From: Bugula neritina
Lineage: Eukaryota; Animalia; Bryozoa
Direction: 5' to 3'
Length of the DNA: 64,000 nucleotides
Assembly: GCA_964035545.1 (NCBI GenBank)
Contig: OZ037765.1
Coordinates: 11,728,698 to 11,792,697 of the forward strand
In this document: in pieces, positions 1 through 13,781 of the stretch
Numbering within the stretch: position 1 is the first letter of the stretch
How the letters are laid out: every line of letters begins with the position of its first letter
The notes under the pieces: model-generated
Seen by the model: the letters and a program-made list of their open reading frames with translations, nothing else
What the model was told of the DNA's origin: nothing
Database searches by the model: none
Translations under genes and position numbers: made by a program

Positions 1-2248
1 TAGAAGGAAAGTGTGTGACCAAATGTGAGGATGGTTACTTCAAGAAAGGCTTGTCTATGGAAGGAATGCAAACTGATTACGTTTGCCATCCTTGCAATCT
101 CCGCTGTGCTACATGTAAAGGTGATTTTATAATTTTAATATGCAGTCTAGTTGTAGCAGTTATAGTAGGAGTTCTCATTGTTAAGAAGCTGATGTCTGTA
201 AGAGTAGATTTTGTCGTAATACAGTTACTTATCTTTTGATCCGAGTTGTTGGGACTCTTTATTAAGTTTACAAATTTACAAAAGTTTGCAAATTCTAATT
301 GATAGAAGCAATTTTTTATCTCCAATAAATGTTGCTGTTGTGTTATGTGTCTGAATATTAAATGTATGTGTAAATTGGAAATCATTATCTTTAATCCCTT
401 TAATATTTCGTGTAAAGCAGGTGTGGAGGGATTTGTTCTTTGGTTGTATTTGCTAGTTTATAAATAATACCTGCACCTACGCAGAGTTTATTGTATTTGT
501 TGTATAATTGTGAAGTTGCATGAGTAAGGTGGTTTATTCCCATGTCCAGGAGAGCTTTCTTCAGAGTGTCTCTCGTGTCGTGATGGTGATGTGTTGTTCC
601 AAGGTCATTGTAAAGAGAGAACTCAATGTTACGACAGTCAGTACTACAATGCCACAGCCAATGTGAGTTATAGCTATTCCTGGCTTACAACAGCCATTAT
701 TCAGAGTTTGTAGGCCATAACAGGGCTGCTTTATGAAATATAGTATGTGAATGTTGTAGACACAAATAACTTTATTCACTTCTCTGACTATGAATTGGGT
801 TATCTAATTATCCACTTCATACAGTTGCAGGTGAGGGTTAAGTATGAATACAATGGATACTGTTACTCATTTATTATCATATTTGTTTATTAATTTATGT
901 AAAATGGGGGTTTTGCTATTGAAAAGGAAAATAAAATGCATGTTTTTGTTGGAGCTATAGTAGCTAGCATACCAGTTACTACAGTTTTCTGGTTGGCTTT
1001 CACTAATAGGAGTGTCTAAGTTGCAACAGCATGTGTGTCAGCTGTGTTGGACCAAGTGAGCATGAGTGTACCTCGTGTGCACCTGGACAAGAGCTCTACC
1101 CAGATACCAAAACCACTTCTTCATCGCCTACAACTCAACGTCCAGTTGGAAAATGTGTTTTGTGCTGCTCTAGTGACCAAACTGACCCTTCTCTTTGCTG
1201 TGATTGCAGTCAACATGGTAAGAACTTGTCACATCTCCACATATACATTTATTCTACAGTATATAAACTAATAGAACTGCTCTTTGATGGACAACAACGC
1301 TATAGTGTATTGCAGTATTTTAAGCATTTTCCAACTACTAAATCCTAAGTAGGCCTAATGGTTACTTACATAGCAACTTACACTGGCATTTTACTGCTGG
1401 CCATTTGACTATCATGTGGAATTTACTCATACAAATATGTGTCAGGTTTCCATAAATTTATTGAATACGCTTGGAGTAGAGTTGCAAGTTTGTAATTTGT
1501 ATTCCACTTTTTGCAATAGAAGTTATTGTGATACATTTAACTTGGTAGGTCGTCTTGCTTTTTTAGAAACTACTTTTATGATTTATTATTTTCATTGAGT
1601 ACTCATAAGTTTTTTACAATGTAAGCACTAATATATTGTGGTATATTTTCGAAATTGCATAAAGTCTCAGGCCTAAATATGTTTTTCTAAGTCGATTTAA
1701 TTCAAAGTGAAGACAGTTTGAAATATATTTTTCTACAGGTGATCACCCATCTCAACTTAGTCAGCTAAAATCTGTACTTGAGAAATGGTAACAGTTGTTC
1801 GTATAATACTCTAAACTCATCCACATTCTTTCTATTATAGCTTCACTGCACTCTTTTCATAACAGTGACGTCTATTTCTTTCATAATAATCTTCTAATTT
1901 CTAGGTTCTCCAGTCTGCGGAAGCATCGATCAAAAGAAAGCCACTACTAAAAGTGTTGAATCTTTGACAATAGAACAACATAGACCTTTCATATCTATTG
2001 TTGTACTTGGAATACTAACATGTGTAGTTTTATATTTCGTTGTATTTTTAATATTGCAATATAGAAGCAATGGGCGCTGTATTTGGCAGTCGTCTTCTTC
2101 TGCACTTCTAGTTGATGGAAATGGGGTTATTGAATATTCTGCATTATCTGACAAAGATAGAGATTATGATACACTATTTGTTGCTGATGATGGCTATTAC
2201 GGAACTTCTAAATCTGATGCACTAAAGCTTAATTATGGCTCAGATTGA
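1..2248 (+). CDS. 3' exons of a furin/PCSK5-like type I membrane protein (furin-like Cys-rich repeats, TM helix, cytosolic tail); 5' part lies outside the window
   Basis: Exons at about <1-120, 550-661, 1010-1217 and 1905-2248 with GT-AG borders. They encode CxxCxxxCxxC furin-like repeats (CHPCNLRCATC, CNSMCVSCVGPSEHECTSC), a TM segment FISIVVLGILTCVVLYFVVFLIL and a tail with a YSAL sorting motif and acidic cluster. The catalytic domain is not visible. Confidence 0.7.
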
Positions 2249-3345
2249 TTTTAATTTTATTTTTCATAGCATTTTATTATAGAATGTCCAATATATTATA
2301 TATCCTGAAAATTATTAACTATATAGAAACATTATGATATAATTCATGTGAAATTTGCAAATTGTTTCAAGATAAATTTGCCAAATGAGCCGTTGAACAA
2401 AGTTGAAATAATTAAACATGCTCGAAATCATTCATTTCAGCCAAAACGCGTTTTTCCACCCCACATTCTAATTGGCCTACCTACCTATTAAATTTATAGC
2501 AGTAAAAATGTATATTAATTGTTATGATAATAGCTATGCAAATTGTTTGACATTTATTTTTGAAAGTGTAATAATATCCTATTTTTGATATTTTTCAGGT
2601 CAGCGGTTTTCTTGTAAGAATTTCATAAAATGTTTTACGACTTCATTTATTTTTCTGCTGCTAACACCTTGTGGTGATTTCAATTTCGAATATTATTTTC
2701 AAATAAAGTTATGGCAAGTCAAATTGTTTTTAGAACAGTTTAATTTTGATGTTTTACCATTTTATTATTAATTATGAATTTTTACAAAGCAACTAATAAC
2801 AAATTCAACGTTTCTTATAAAAAATCTTTTTGGTAACCTTGAAAATTCTTACATAGCTAAGATTTATCTTATACAAGAAGCCCTAAATAGAAAATCAGTT
2901 TGATAAACAGGTAAATATTGCAAAATCAATAGCTTGGATCAGCGTAAAAAGTGAAGTACAATTTAAAGCAAATTACATACCGTTGCTGTTTACTGTAGCT
3001 AGATGTAATAAATATGAGCCTCGATAATGCCTGCAATTTAGGAAATCACATCAACTACAAAGTTAACCTAGATTAAATGTGTTACAATTTATGTACAATC
3101 AATTTGATGCATGATGCAATATACTAAATGACAAAAACCAATGCAAAAATATTTGGACTTCTTTAAATTAATAAAAACAAATATAGAAAAGAAAACTCCT
3201 TGACCAATTTTTAACAACAATTTTTGTACAGCTTAAATTTAGATTTTGAAAAAATTGCAGGCAGAGCATATAAAATGTAACATAAACAAAATACATAATT
3301 ATAAGATTTCTGTAACAAATAGAGTACAAAAGTGTAAATCTTTGC

Positions 3346-6300
3346 TTAAATGCTGTCATAAAGGGCCCTCAGCAGCGACTCAAACCTGGGGTCAAGTCCA
3401 GATCTGTATATACTGTTATAGTTGGTCAGGTAGGCTAAACTGATATTCAATTCTTTGTCAACAAAGACATATTGTCCACCAAAGCCTGAATATCCTATTA
3501 TCTTAGTGCCCTGCAATAGCAAAAGTAAAGTTCTCCGTAAAGATATCTCCAACATTAAATGTGCACGGGTTCAGCAATGCAAATTGATAGCAAATGTTGT
3601 TTGTAAAAAATAGAGCTGAGCTGTGAATGAAGAACACAAAAAGCATCCAGAATAAATGAACAGCTACTAAGTTCATTGAACTGGGCTACTTTTCCAAGAC
3701 AGTTGTTTAATCTGCAATTACAGGTTTTTCATACCAGGTAAATGATTACAGTTTGAAAGACAGGTTGTTAATTTAAAGTGTTTCAAAGCATTCATCACCA
3801 TAAGTAAATGTAGATTCAAAATTAATGACCATACCACAAGTCATTGGCTGTTTGAAATGAGTAGTATTTAGAATTCTTTGCAAAACTTCCTAGTTGCTAT
3901 TACTGGAATCCCACTAACGTACTATATAGGACAGCCCAGCCATCATAAACACTGCACTCATTTTATTGTTTATATTTCTTTTATACAAAAGGTAATCTGC
4001 TTTGGACTTCTCCAGTTTCTGAGATCCAGAGTATGAGCTAACAGTCAACTTGCCAAAACATTATTTTCTGGCAAATAGCATTGGACATTACATCATAACA
4101 ATAATATATAATGCAATTCCACCAGGAAGTGAGCTGGTGGCACATTATCACATACATTTTAACTATTTATAGCTAAAACTCGTGATGTTTTTTGCATCCC
4201 AGTTCAAAGCATGTAGTAAACAAACTGTTAACTCCAAATGATGATAGCTAAGAGAGCCTATCTCTTACCTTAGGAGAATTGCGAACTTGCCCAGCCGCAC
4301 TCATCGTCCAATCACCAATAATTCCTAGCTTTCGGGCCCAACTAGTGTCATGGCTTTGAATTGGTACCTCAGTCATATGACTCCATGTTTGGTGAGATAT
4401 TATTGGTGGAGAGAGATTGTCCTGTCCAACCAGCAGAGCATCATTATACAGCTGAGCTAAAGACCTGGCTGACACGAACCCACTGACGGATCCAACAGAG
4501 GAAGATCTGATTCCTGGGTCATTCAGACGTTTTATCTGTAAAATATCACAATACCCATGTATACATGGTATAATTACTTAGTATACAGCATCTAAAAGTT
4601 TTTATCAATTTTAGTTATATTTTTCCGATTTACATTTTTCAATATGGCATATGGGTCATTTTACTTAATTTAGTACACGTTGGAAATCTCCAGTTTTTAG
4701 CTATTTTTCACAATTTAGCTGCTAATTAACAAGGGATTTTGCCCAAAACTAGTAAAATATCAATAAATACACCTAAATAATCAAGGTTATTTTTAATTTT
4801 GCTTGATTTCCCATGCTTTTCCTAATTTTTCAGCTACTTTTGATTGCGGACCTTTACGGTTTTTTCCGTAACGGTACGCAATCAAAAGTAGCTGAAAAGT
4901 TAGGAAAAGCATGGGAAATCAAGCAAAATTAAAAATAACCTTGATTATTTAGGTGTATTTATTGATATTTTACTAGTTTTGGGCAAAATCCCTTGTTAAT
5001 TAGCAGCTAAATTGTGAAAAATAGCGAAAAACTGGAGATTTCCAGTGTGTGTACTGTGTACTAAATTAAGTAAAACGGCTCACATGCAAAGACAGACATA
5101 AACTGCATTAACTATGAGCACGATATTAGATTTCAGCAGCATGACCTCTGTTGACTAAGAGCATAGTAGACTGAGAGCGTAGTAGACTGAGAGCGTAGTA
5201 GACTGAGAGCATAGTATACTGAGAGCGTAGTAGACTGAGAGTGTAGTAGACTGAGAGCGTAGTAGACTGAGAGTGTAATAGACTGAGAGCGTAGTATACT
5301 GATAGTGTAGTAGACTGAGAGCGTAGTATACTGATAGTGTAGTAGACTAAGAGCATAGTAGACTAAGAGCATAGTAGACTAAGAGCATAGTAGACTGAGA
5401 GCGTAGTATACTGATAGTGTAGTAGACTAAGAGCATAGTAGACTAAGAGCATAGTAGACTGAGAGTGTAGTAGACTGAGAGTGTAGTAGACTAAGAGCAT
5501 AGTAGACTAAGAGCGTAGTAGACTAAGAGCATAGTAGACTAAGAGCGTAGTAGACTAAGAGCGTAGTAGACTGAGAGCATAGTATACTGATAGTGTAGTA
5601 GACTGATAGCGTAGTAGACTGAGAGCATAGTAGACTGAGAGCGTAGTAAACTGACAGAGGACAGCTCGCTTAACTCACCGAATTCATTTCGGTGAACGTA
5701 GAAAATCTCATATAGGATAATAGTGTGTGTATTATTTCCATCGGAGCGAATATTACTTCAAATATGATGGAAAAGCCATGACCACGAACTCGGGCAGCTC
5801 TATGCTGCTCGTGCAATGGAAGTCCAACAAAGAAATCCAAACCTGCAAAATTATTGAGAACCTTTTGTAAACTATTGTAGCCTGAATAATACTACATGCA
5901 TCTTCATAAAGTCAAATACTAAATATACTCTAGAAACTGGTATATTATAGACCACATACTTCATATATTCAGCATACAGTGCAAACATATGATATTTCTA
6001 ATAATTAAATTAAAATGTCCTTTATATGAATTTTATTGAACGAAAAATGACCAGTTTCTGATAATTTACTGGTGGTGAACTTAGTAGTTATATAAAAATT
6101 CAAAGATAAAAGTTGTCATTATTCAGGAAGCAAACTGGTGGAAATGTATGAGTCACAGTAAGTGATACTAAGCAACCGACTACCAAAGCAATAGGTTTGT
6201 ACACAACTGTTGGCACCAGTACAAATAATTATGCAATAGTTATAAAAACATGTGTACCAAGCTTAGATGAAAACTCTTCCTCAAAGAACTGCTTCAGTGA

Positions 6301-9300
6301 TCTATGACTGGGATCCACTCTCTGCACCAGTTGATCTGCATACAACTCCAAAATTCCTTGATCGCTATCCAGTTGTATGAAACCTGAAACACATTAACAG
6401 CTCGCCTGAAACCTGGTAAGTGCAGCACTTTTGGCTGAGTAAAAACAATTTAATCATAACACAGAAGTCTAACTTGTTATTGCATTCAACTTCCTGAAAC
6501 CGAGCGTCATTAACTGTGTGTGTGCCATAATAATTTCTAATACAGCATAATGAAGCAATATCTTTTGACATGATGCAGTATTTTTGCCATGGAAAATGTT
6601 GTGCAAAAAAATTTCAAGATATGTTCCTATCTTACCAGGTGAAGAGAGATACTGACTGGCCAATTCCTCAGATAGTTTATCTGTGTTACTCAGATTTTCT
6701 ATGGATATAGATCGGTTCAACCTTAGCAGTCCGGACTACAAAAGGTACTCTAGGTAGAATTCATCCATACATTGCTTAGTAAATAACATGGTGTATTCTT
6801 ATTTAATGTCACATATTTCCTGAAAATAATAGCTTAGTGTTTTACCAATGTGATTGCTTCTGTTTGATCTAACATTTTTCTTTTACATATCAATTAGATA
6901 CCTGTTACAACATTAGCCTTGTGTGATCATTTAGTGGCAAGTGTATTAGACATGTTATTGACATTATTAACAATAGTGTGTATGCATATATATAAAAAAA
7001 CATTTTCAGCAAAAAACCAATAAATAATTTTCAACTTGAAACATAATTATATGATGCTATAACTGTACAATACCTGTACTGTTTGTTGCATATTGTACTG
7101 TGTAGTGTATACTGCACTTGTGTAACTATGGCCTATTGCATCATATAATACTTTGAATTACTACAACTGAGACGTGCTTTTATAAATACCATGACATGCT
7201 AAATATAGAGAGAGCTCCGCATTGCTGAATAGCAGTTTATAGCTTACTCATGACCTAAAGTCTAAACAATTCAAGTGGAATGATTTTGAAGCTTCACTAA
7301 TCTGCCTGGCACAGACAGTACCTGTCTTGGAGCTATTTTTAGCTGACAGCATCCTAAACAAGAAAGACTGGTAATAATCACCAGCTGCAATTGGTCTTTC
7401 TCAATCATCTAACTTTGTAAACAAACTCAGGTTACATAACTCATCGCCAACTTATAGATAAATTCACAGATGGTTTACCCATATAATTCACAAAGAATGG
7501 AACAAGATAGGATAGCTGTTTATAGTGAACAAATTTTATTCAAAATGTAGCTTGTACTCCCAACATGTATTGAACTATTACCAATTCTCATATTCAACAT
7601 GGTATGCAAGTGCTAATGAAGCTCAGGGTACGACTAGAATCTAGATGTGGACTGTAGTACAAGTCAGTCTGCAGTGAAGTTATGCATACTTCAAGTGAAC
7701 AACTTTACCTGCTCTGACAATAGGTCACGGACTGTCACTTTATCTTTTCCATTAACTCCAAATTCAGGCCAATAAGCTGAGATTGTATTCTCGTAATCAA
7801 CAAACCCCCTTAAGAAACAAGCAATGCAAAGGTTACTGGAAAAAATTGTACTGAAACGAGAAAAAATGTTGAACTTCATGTACAAAATGCAGGCAATAAG
7901 TCTGTAATATTGGTTGGTGCTGCATAAACTTTGGAAGGAACAGTGATCAAGTTAATAACATTCCTTTAATTTGTTCCCAACATCTGTCTTTGCAAACCCT
8001 TATATAATTGCATACTTTGAAGGAAAAAAGTTACTGCATAACTAGAGAATAGACACAACTTTAGAAGCAAAGATACTACATAGTTTTGTATTACATCACT
8101 TTGTGCTTTGATCAAGTAAATAATGCTGGCACCATCAATAAATAACAGATTAATTATCATTTCATGTATTTGAAACAAGATTATCTGGTGGTGCCACTTA
8201 GTTGGTATAGATACAAGATCAGGAGACAGCATGGTTAGCACTACCAGCTAATTGTACAGTTTCAGATGTGAATATCAAGACAGAAAACACATGAAACAGA
8301 GGAATATAATGATATTCAGAATAGGCTGCTTCCAAATAACTCAACTGAGTAACCATAACATTTCTCTCTCGGTAATTTTCAGAAAACCTTAACAAACAAA
8401 TAATAAGGACAGAAATTATACAAAAAAATTTCTTGTCAATTATTCTATTAAAATACCGATTGACTATCATCGCCAATTTCTAAGATTTTTCAAGGCCAGT
8501 GACTGCTTAGAAATTTGTTGTAATTAGAAATCTTTAATGAAGAGTAAATTACTAAATTCTATCTCTGTCACCTGATTTCAAAAAAAATGACTAGCACAAC
8601 TTGAAGTCGCAAGATTCTTCAAGATCTAAAGTAAATGAAGAGAAATGACATTCACAATAAACTGTATATTTTAGACATGACATTAGTATTGGATATAGCT
8701 ACCCACCTTTCATATAGCAATCCAAGGCTTAACGAGATAGCGATGTTATAAAGAGAAAATGTGTTTGCAACAGTTGACTTTTTCCAGGGCTGCCACGCTT
8801 CTATGTCTGCATACCCACCCCACAGATCAACCACAGTCTCTCCGTCTTTAAACACAGCAAATGCAGCTCCTTTTTCTTCTTCTGATAATAGGTGAAGACT
8901 GAAAATATTGAACATATTGTATATATGGTATAGTTTGTGTGTATTTAATGTGCATTAATAAATATCTCTAGCCTTGGAACAAAATTTTTAAACAAAAAAT
9001 AAACAGAAAATGAGGACTTTAAAATAAATTTCTTTACAACATGTGCTTTATTGATAATTGCAACAGGTTAGTCAGTTGGCATTGCGATAAACATGCATGC
9101 AGCACACAATTAAAATTCTGTGAAATATCGCAGGTAGAAATTTACTTGTTACAACTTCGATACTATGACAAGTCATTTTACTATTCTCGAAGCTCACCGA
9201 AATATTTCAGACACTTTTTTTAGTTTTGGTATTACATGGCCATCAATATTTCCTTTTGGTGGATCAGGAGACAAAAGATTTGGTATCCACGCAACGAGAA

Positions 9301-9346
9301 TGGCTGTGGCAAGCACCGTTAGACAACTAGTCCACCAAAAACTCAT
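3346..9346 (-). CDS. Beta-lactamase/serine-hydrolase family protein with N-terminal signal-anchor, 8 exons, predicted catalytically degenerate
   Basis: Exons at about 9346-9198, 8898-8707, 7808-7709, 6736-6636, 6383-6258, 5843-5679, 4536-4270 and 3511-3346. Family motifs: GAAFAVFKDGETVVDLWGGYAD, YWPEFGVNGKDKVTVRDLLS, LVQRVDP..RSL.QFF, GLDFFVGLP, SARSLAQLY, GYSGFGGQYVFVD...ISLAYLTN. An alternative ATG lies at 9364. Confidence 0.85.
4647..5087. mobile_element. Palindromic (foldback) MITE-like element in an intron
   Basis: About 200-bp arms are near-perfect reverse complements (ggaaatctccagtttt...gattgcg / cgcaatc...aaaactggagatttcc) around a short spacer at ~4849-4876. No clear TSD. Confidence 0.8.
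5150..5658. repeat. 16-bp minisatellite (consensus GCRTAGTAGACTRAGA), about 31 copies
   Basis: Direct tandem units visible in sequence; they explain the spurious ORFs at 5126-5372. Confidence 0.95.
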
Positions 9347-12300
9347 GTATTTATTGTTTGTCATCTTTGGTTGTCGGACAACAGGCTGTCCAGGTAATAA
9401 AGCCACCGCACTCTTTTTAGGATAATTCGGCTCCTCCAGCTTGCCTTCGCACATTTTTCAGCTGACACTCTAAGGACATGTCCGTTGCTACAACAGCCAC
9501 AAGCAAAAATTATAACTATAATCACAAGCAGGTTAATAATTATGTTACATAACATAATTTTGCATCAGATAAAAAAATCTCGAAAACTTTCTTTCCCGTC
9601 TAAATCATTAGATGTCAAGCAAATTGAAAGTTTGATTAAAACAAAAATTGTAGTATAATATAATACGTTACAAAATGTAATAAATTCATCAAAATTTGTA
9701 TACTGTTGAGGAATGAGGCTTTTGGTACAGGCTATATACTTTTTGCTTTAAACCATGCAGGCAACAAGGCTTGAAATATTTTTATGTAAGGTACCAGTAT
9801 GTGCAGTTGAATGCCTTTCCTGACATACATACATTCTCACTATAATCTAATCCACTAGCTTAGCATAACATATGTCATGCTAGGCCTGCACATACAAAGT
9901 TTTGAAACTGCAAACTTCTTCTGCGACTATCATTGTGAAATTTAAATAATGTTATTATTTATGAAATCCAATTGCTTTTCTGTTACAGATAACCAAGAAC
10001 CTATTACTAGACTTACTTGATATTAAGGAGGAACTATCCATTATAAGTCATAACTAAGAAATGAATATGACGCAGGTTTCATTGAACGCTTCTATTCAGA
10101 AAAATGCAGATATCAAGAATGGCACTACAGTACAGTTACCTACAAAATAATATACAGTTTTATATTAACATTTAACTTTAATTGGTCTATTTTACAAGGT
10201 CGAGTTAAAATCAAGGTAAATCAAATAAATTCAGAAGCAAACCAAGTCATGGGTACAAAATGTTTCGAAAAAAGTTTCAAGCTAAACCCAGCAATAACTC
10301 AAGTTTAGGTCTAAGGGTATAAATAGGAAAATCCTCCCCCCCCCAATGCATTGTGAGATAGTTACTCATATAGACTAAAAGTTAAGGGTGAACGTGGTCA
10401 CAGGAAAATAAACTATTTAAACCTATGGAGTAATACAATATATAGAAAAAGCTTAATGCACGACTGGATTGGATGGCTAAGCTTGACGGGTCTCATCTAT
10501 CATTATGAATGTGGAGGATTAGACAAGTCACAGCTGTCGACCTAATACTAGAATAACTAGACAAAAGTATTCAAGAGAGGGCAACCATGCTTTTATGTAA
10601 TGTTATTTTAAAAGTAAGTCCCGGAACCTCAATTCATGACTTAATAGAATACCAGATTTGGCTATTTTGCCCCTACACATACATAAGACACAAAAAGGGG
10701 TCCAAGCCCTTCTCGTGAGCTATAAAATTCCATGAGAAATATAATCGTGAGATATGGAACCTTGAGATACAGAAGGAGCGCTATAATCAATATAATAGCA
10801 TCACTAATACTATAAGTATAGCATATCAAACAAATAATAAATATCAATAACAATATAAATGTTATATTTACTGTATATATTTGCAATACTGATAGTAATA
10901 CCAATAGTAACCAGTTGTATAAGAGCAAAATCATAAGCCATAACTCAGTAGACAACACTCCCAATTACAAGTTGAATAGATCAGTGATAAAACATCGACT
11001 CTATAAAATACCTGGATGTCACTCTGCAGTTTTAAAAAGCTTGTATAAAAAATACTAGATGCTAAAAGATAGTTGGGTATGGTTAAAAAAGCTGTTACTG
11101 AGCTCCTGGACCAGCATGGTGGATTGCATGCATTTACAGAGCGTTGAGTCTACCACACCTTGAGTATGATAGCACAGCTTGACACCTAACTTGCAAGAAG
11201 AATATTTCTGACTTTAAAAAAATACGAGTGGATGCTGTACACTTCATAGCCAATATGAAAGGTCACAAAGATGTTGAAAGCGTTATGAAGAAACTCGGCC
11301 TACAGCCCCTTGAGCAAAAAAAACCCAGTCCAGTGTGATGATCAATCCGAGCGAGTTCGAGTTAGTAGTAGCACTAATGGTAGTCATTAAAGTTGACATT
11401 ATGCAGTACATTTTGATTTAGTTATCAAACTGTGCTCTAATAACTATACGTAAATATACATATACTAACTTTATTAACTAAAACTAGTAGTAGTAGTGGC
11501 TGTCCTGCAAGTGCAAGTTGGTATAACTACAAGCGAAACTAATAATTATACTTGAACTTATACTAGCACTATAACATATTATTAAGTTCAACTGCCAAGA
11601 GTAACTGCAAGTATTAGTATAACACTAACAGCACCAGACTGAGTACAAGTACAACTACAAATTTAAGATTACGTTAAAGTAGAATGTTTAGTAAAAGTAA
11701 AACTGCAACTCCGACAGTCAAACATATAAGCTCTAACTGATATTTTATAATTACAACTATAAGTTATGCTTATAGTTATAGTTAAATTAGTTATAACTTA
11801 CAGGTCAATACTTGATACTTATTATTATTTTATATTCATACTTATTATATTTATAATAATGTTATTATAAATATTTTTATTTATTATTATAATTAATATT
11901 ACAATTGAAAGTTATACTTATAACCTTAAACTTAAAGTTAAAACTTCATAATAATCTAAGTTAAATATTAAATTTAAGACCAGATTAACTTTCAGTTTAA
12001 CTTCAGTTATAATTATAATAATAATTATAGTATTAATTGTAATAATCATAAAATTAATTATAATAATTTTAATAATATCAATAATAAATAAATAATCATG
12101 ATCATCATTATGATTATGAAGTATTTATATTTTATATTAAAAATAAATGACTAATGTAGTAATGATTAATTTCATTTTCAACACGAATATTTATTTATAT
12201 TTTAAAATGATAATTATTATGATTATCATAATGACAATCATCATCAATAAGCGTAATCACTAATCATAATGATAATCATTAAATGATTAATGATAGTCAT

Positions 12301-13781
12301 AATCACAATGATTAAATTTAAAATTAATGATAATCAGTAAATCACTATCATAACGCCAGCGGTAACCATAATGATGCAAAGCAAAAAGTGAAAATATGAA
12401 ATGAGCAACTTGAATCACAATAATTAAGTCTTAAGCCTTAAGCTGATACCTATTTGCAACAATAAATTAATGCCTACGGCCTCAGTAACCTTGGTTCAAG
12501 TGAGCAGCCCGTGACCAGTCACACTTGAACATGAATGGTTATAAATCATTCTCGCTGCTGTACGAATTTGAAGAAAACATCGACAACCACGTTGGGTAAA
12601 CAACTCCATAATCATATAACAAACGAGTCTTTAGTTAACTTTACAATCATAATTTGGAAGTTTCTCTGTACACAATGCGGAGTCTAGACTTTAGCTAGAG
12701 TATAGACTATATTTTCACATAATATTGCAACTATGGAAGAATTTGAAAAATAGTTTGCATAGGTTTACCTCATTCTGCAAAATTTTGAGTTTCAGCAAAA
12801 TGGGAATACCTGTGCTGGTGGATGCCAAAAACATACTTTATAGCAAAAAGTTGAAATACAAAATCAGCACTAGTGTTGTTGCTGTGATGGAAAGACATAC
12901 TACAACCTAGATAGTCAATGGCTAACAAACATGTTTTATTACACCACTTTAGTCAAGATTTTGTCTTCTCTACTCATGCCCAGCTGACTGTGAACAAATG
13001 CGAATTTTCAACAAGCTGAAAAATACACTCCACCAGGCTTTTAGATCCTAGTAAGAAAAGAACAATAGCAGCGTTGGCATCATGCTCTTCTTCTCAAAAA
13101 TTCAGGAATTTGAACCCACATCTTCTGAACTGAGACAGCACATACTTTTCTATTAGATTTCATACAACTCATATGTACTTGCAGGCTGCAGTTTCATTGT
13201 TGGAAAATGCCATCATATAAGTTTCCATAAAACTACTAGACTTGCAACTTTGTTAGAAATTATAATGCAAACACATACTTCTAAGCATAAAGCAGAAAGT
13301 TTGATTTAGCAGTTTGGTCAATTATACACTAAGACTTTGGCTTTAGCAGATAACTGACCCAGAACTAGAAATGAGAAACTGCACTTTTGCATGTACAGCT
13401 TAAAATGAGGAGGTGATGCTAGCCAATACAGAGGCACAAAATAATTGGTACTGCACTAAAATACCTTAAGTGTCATAATAATATAAGTTTTATCGAATAG
13501 TGTTTTCTGGCTTGACATTTGAGTTTTGACAATCATAGCTACCAGCTGCTACTAGTTAGACTAAATCATATTTTAAGCATCTCATTACATTTTATTATGT
13601 ACAGTAAAAAAAAAACAAATTATTCAAGTAAAACAAATGGTAAAAATATGCACTTCAGAAAACAATTGGTCTAAAAAAAAATTATTTACCAAATAGAATA
13701 AATTTAAAATAACATTCCTTTTTACAGCATTGCACAGTGCTTTTTATGCACCTGCAGACAATAAAAACCTGCAGTCAGTAA

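Noticed and set aside
5126-5372. Repetitive ORFs (LSVYYALSLLRSQSTT)
   Set aside because: Translation of the 16-bp minisatellite.
5150-5658. Possible CRISPR-like array
   Set aside because: Units are contiguous with no unique spacers, and the context is eukaryotic.
10662-10964. Hydrophobic 100-aa ORF and similar short Leu/Ile-rich ORFs (e.g. 48400-48606)
   Set aside because: By-products of AT-rich or low-complexity DNA, with no motifs or splice support.
11030-11340. Coding-like stretch with stops (possible decayed exon)
   Set aside because: No recognisable family; cannot be supported without a homology search.
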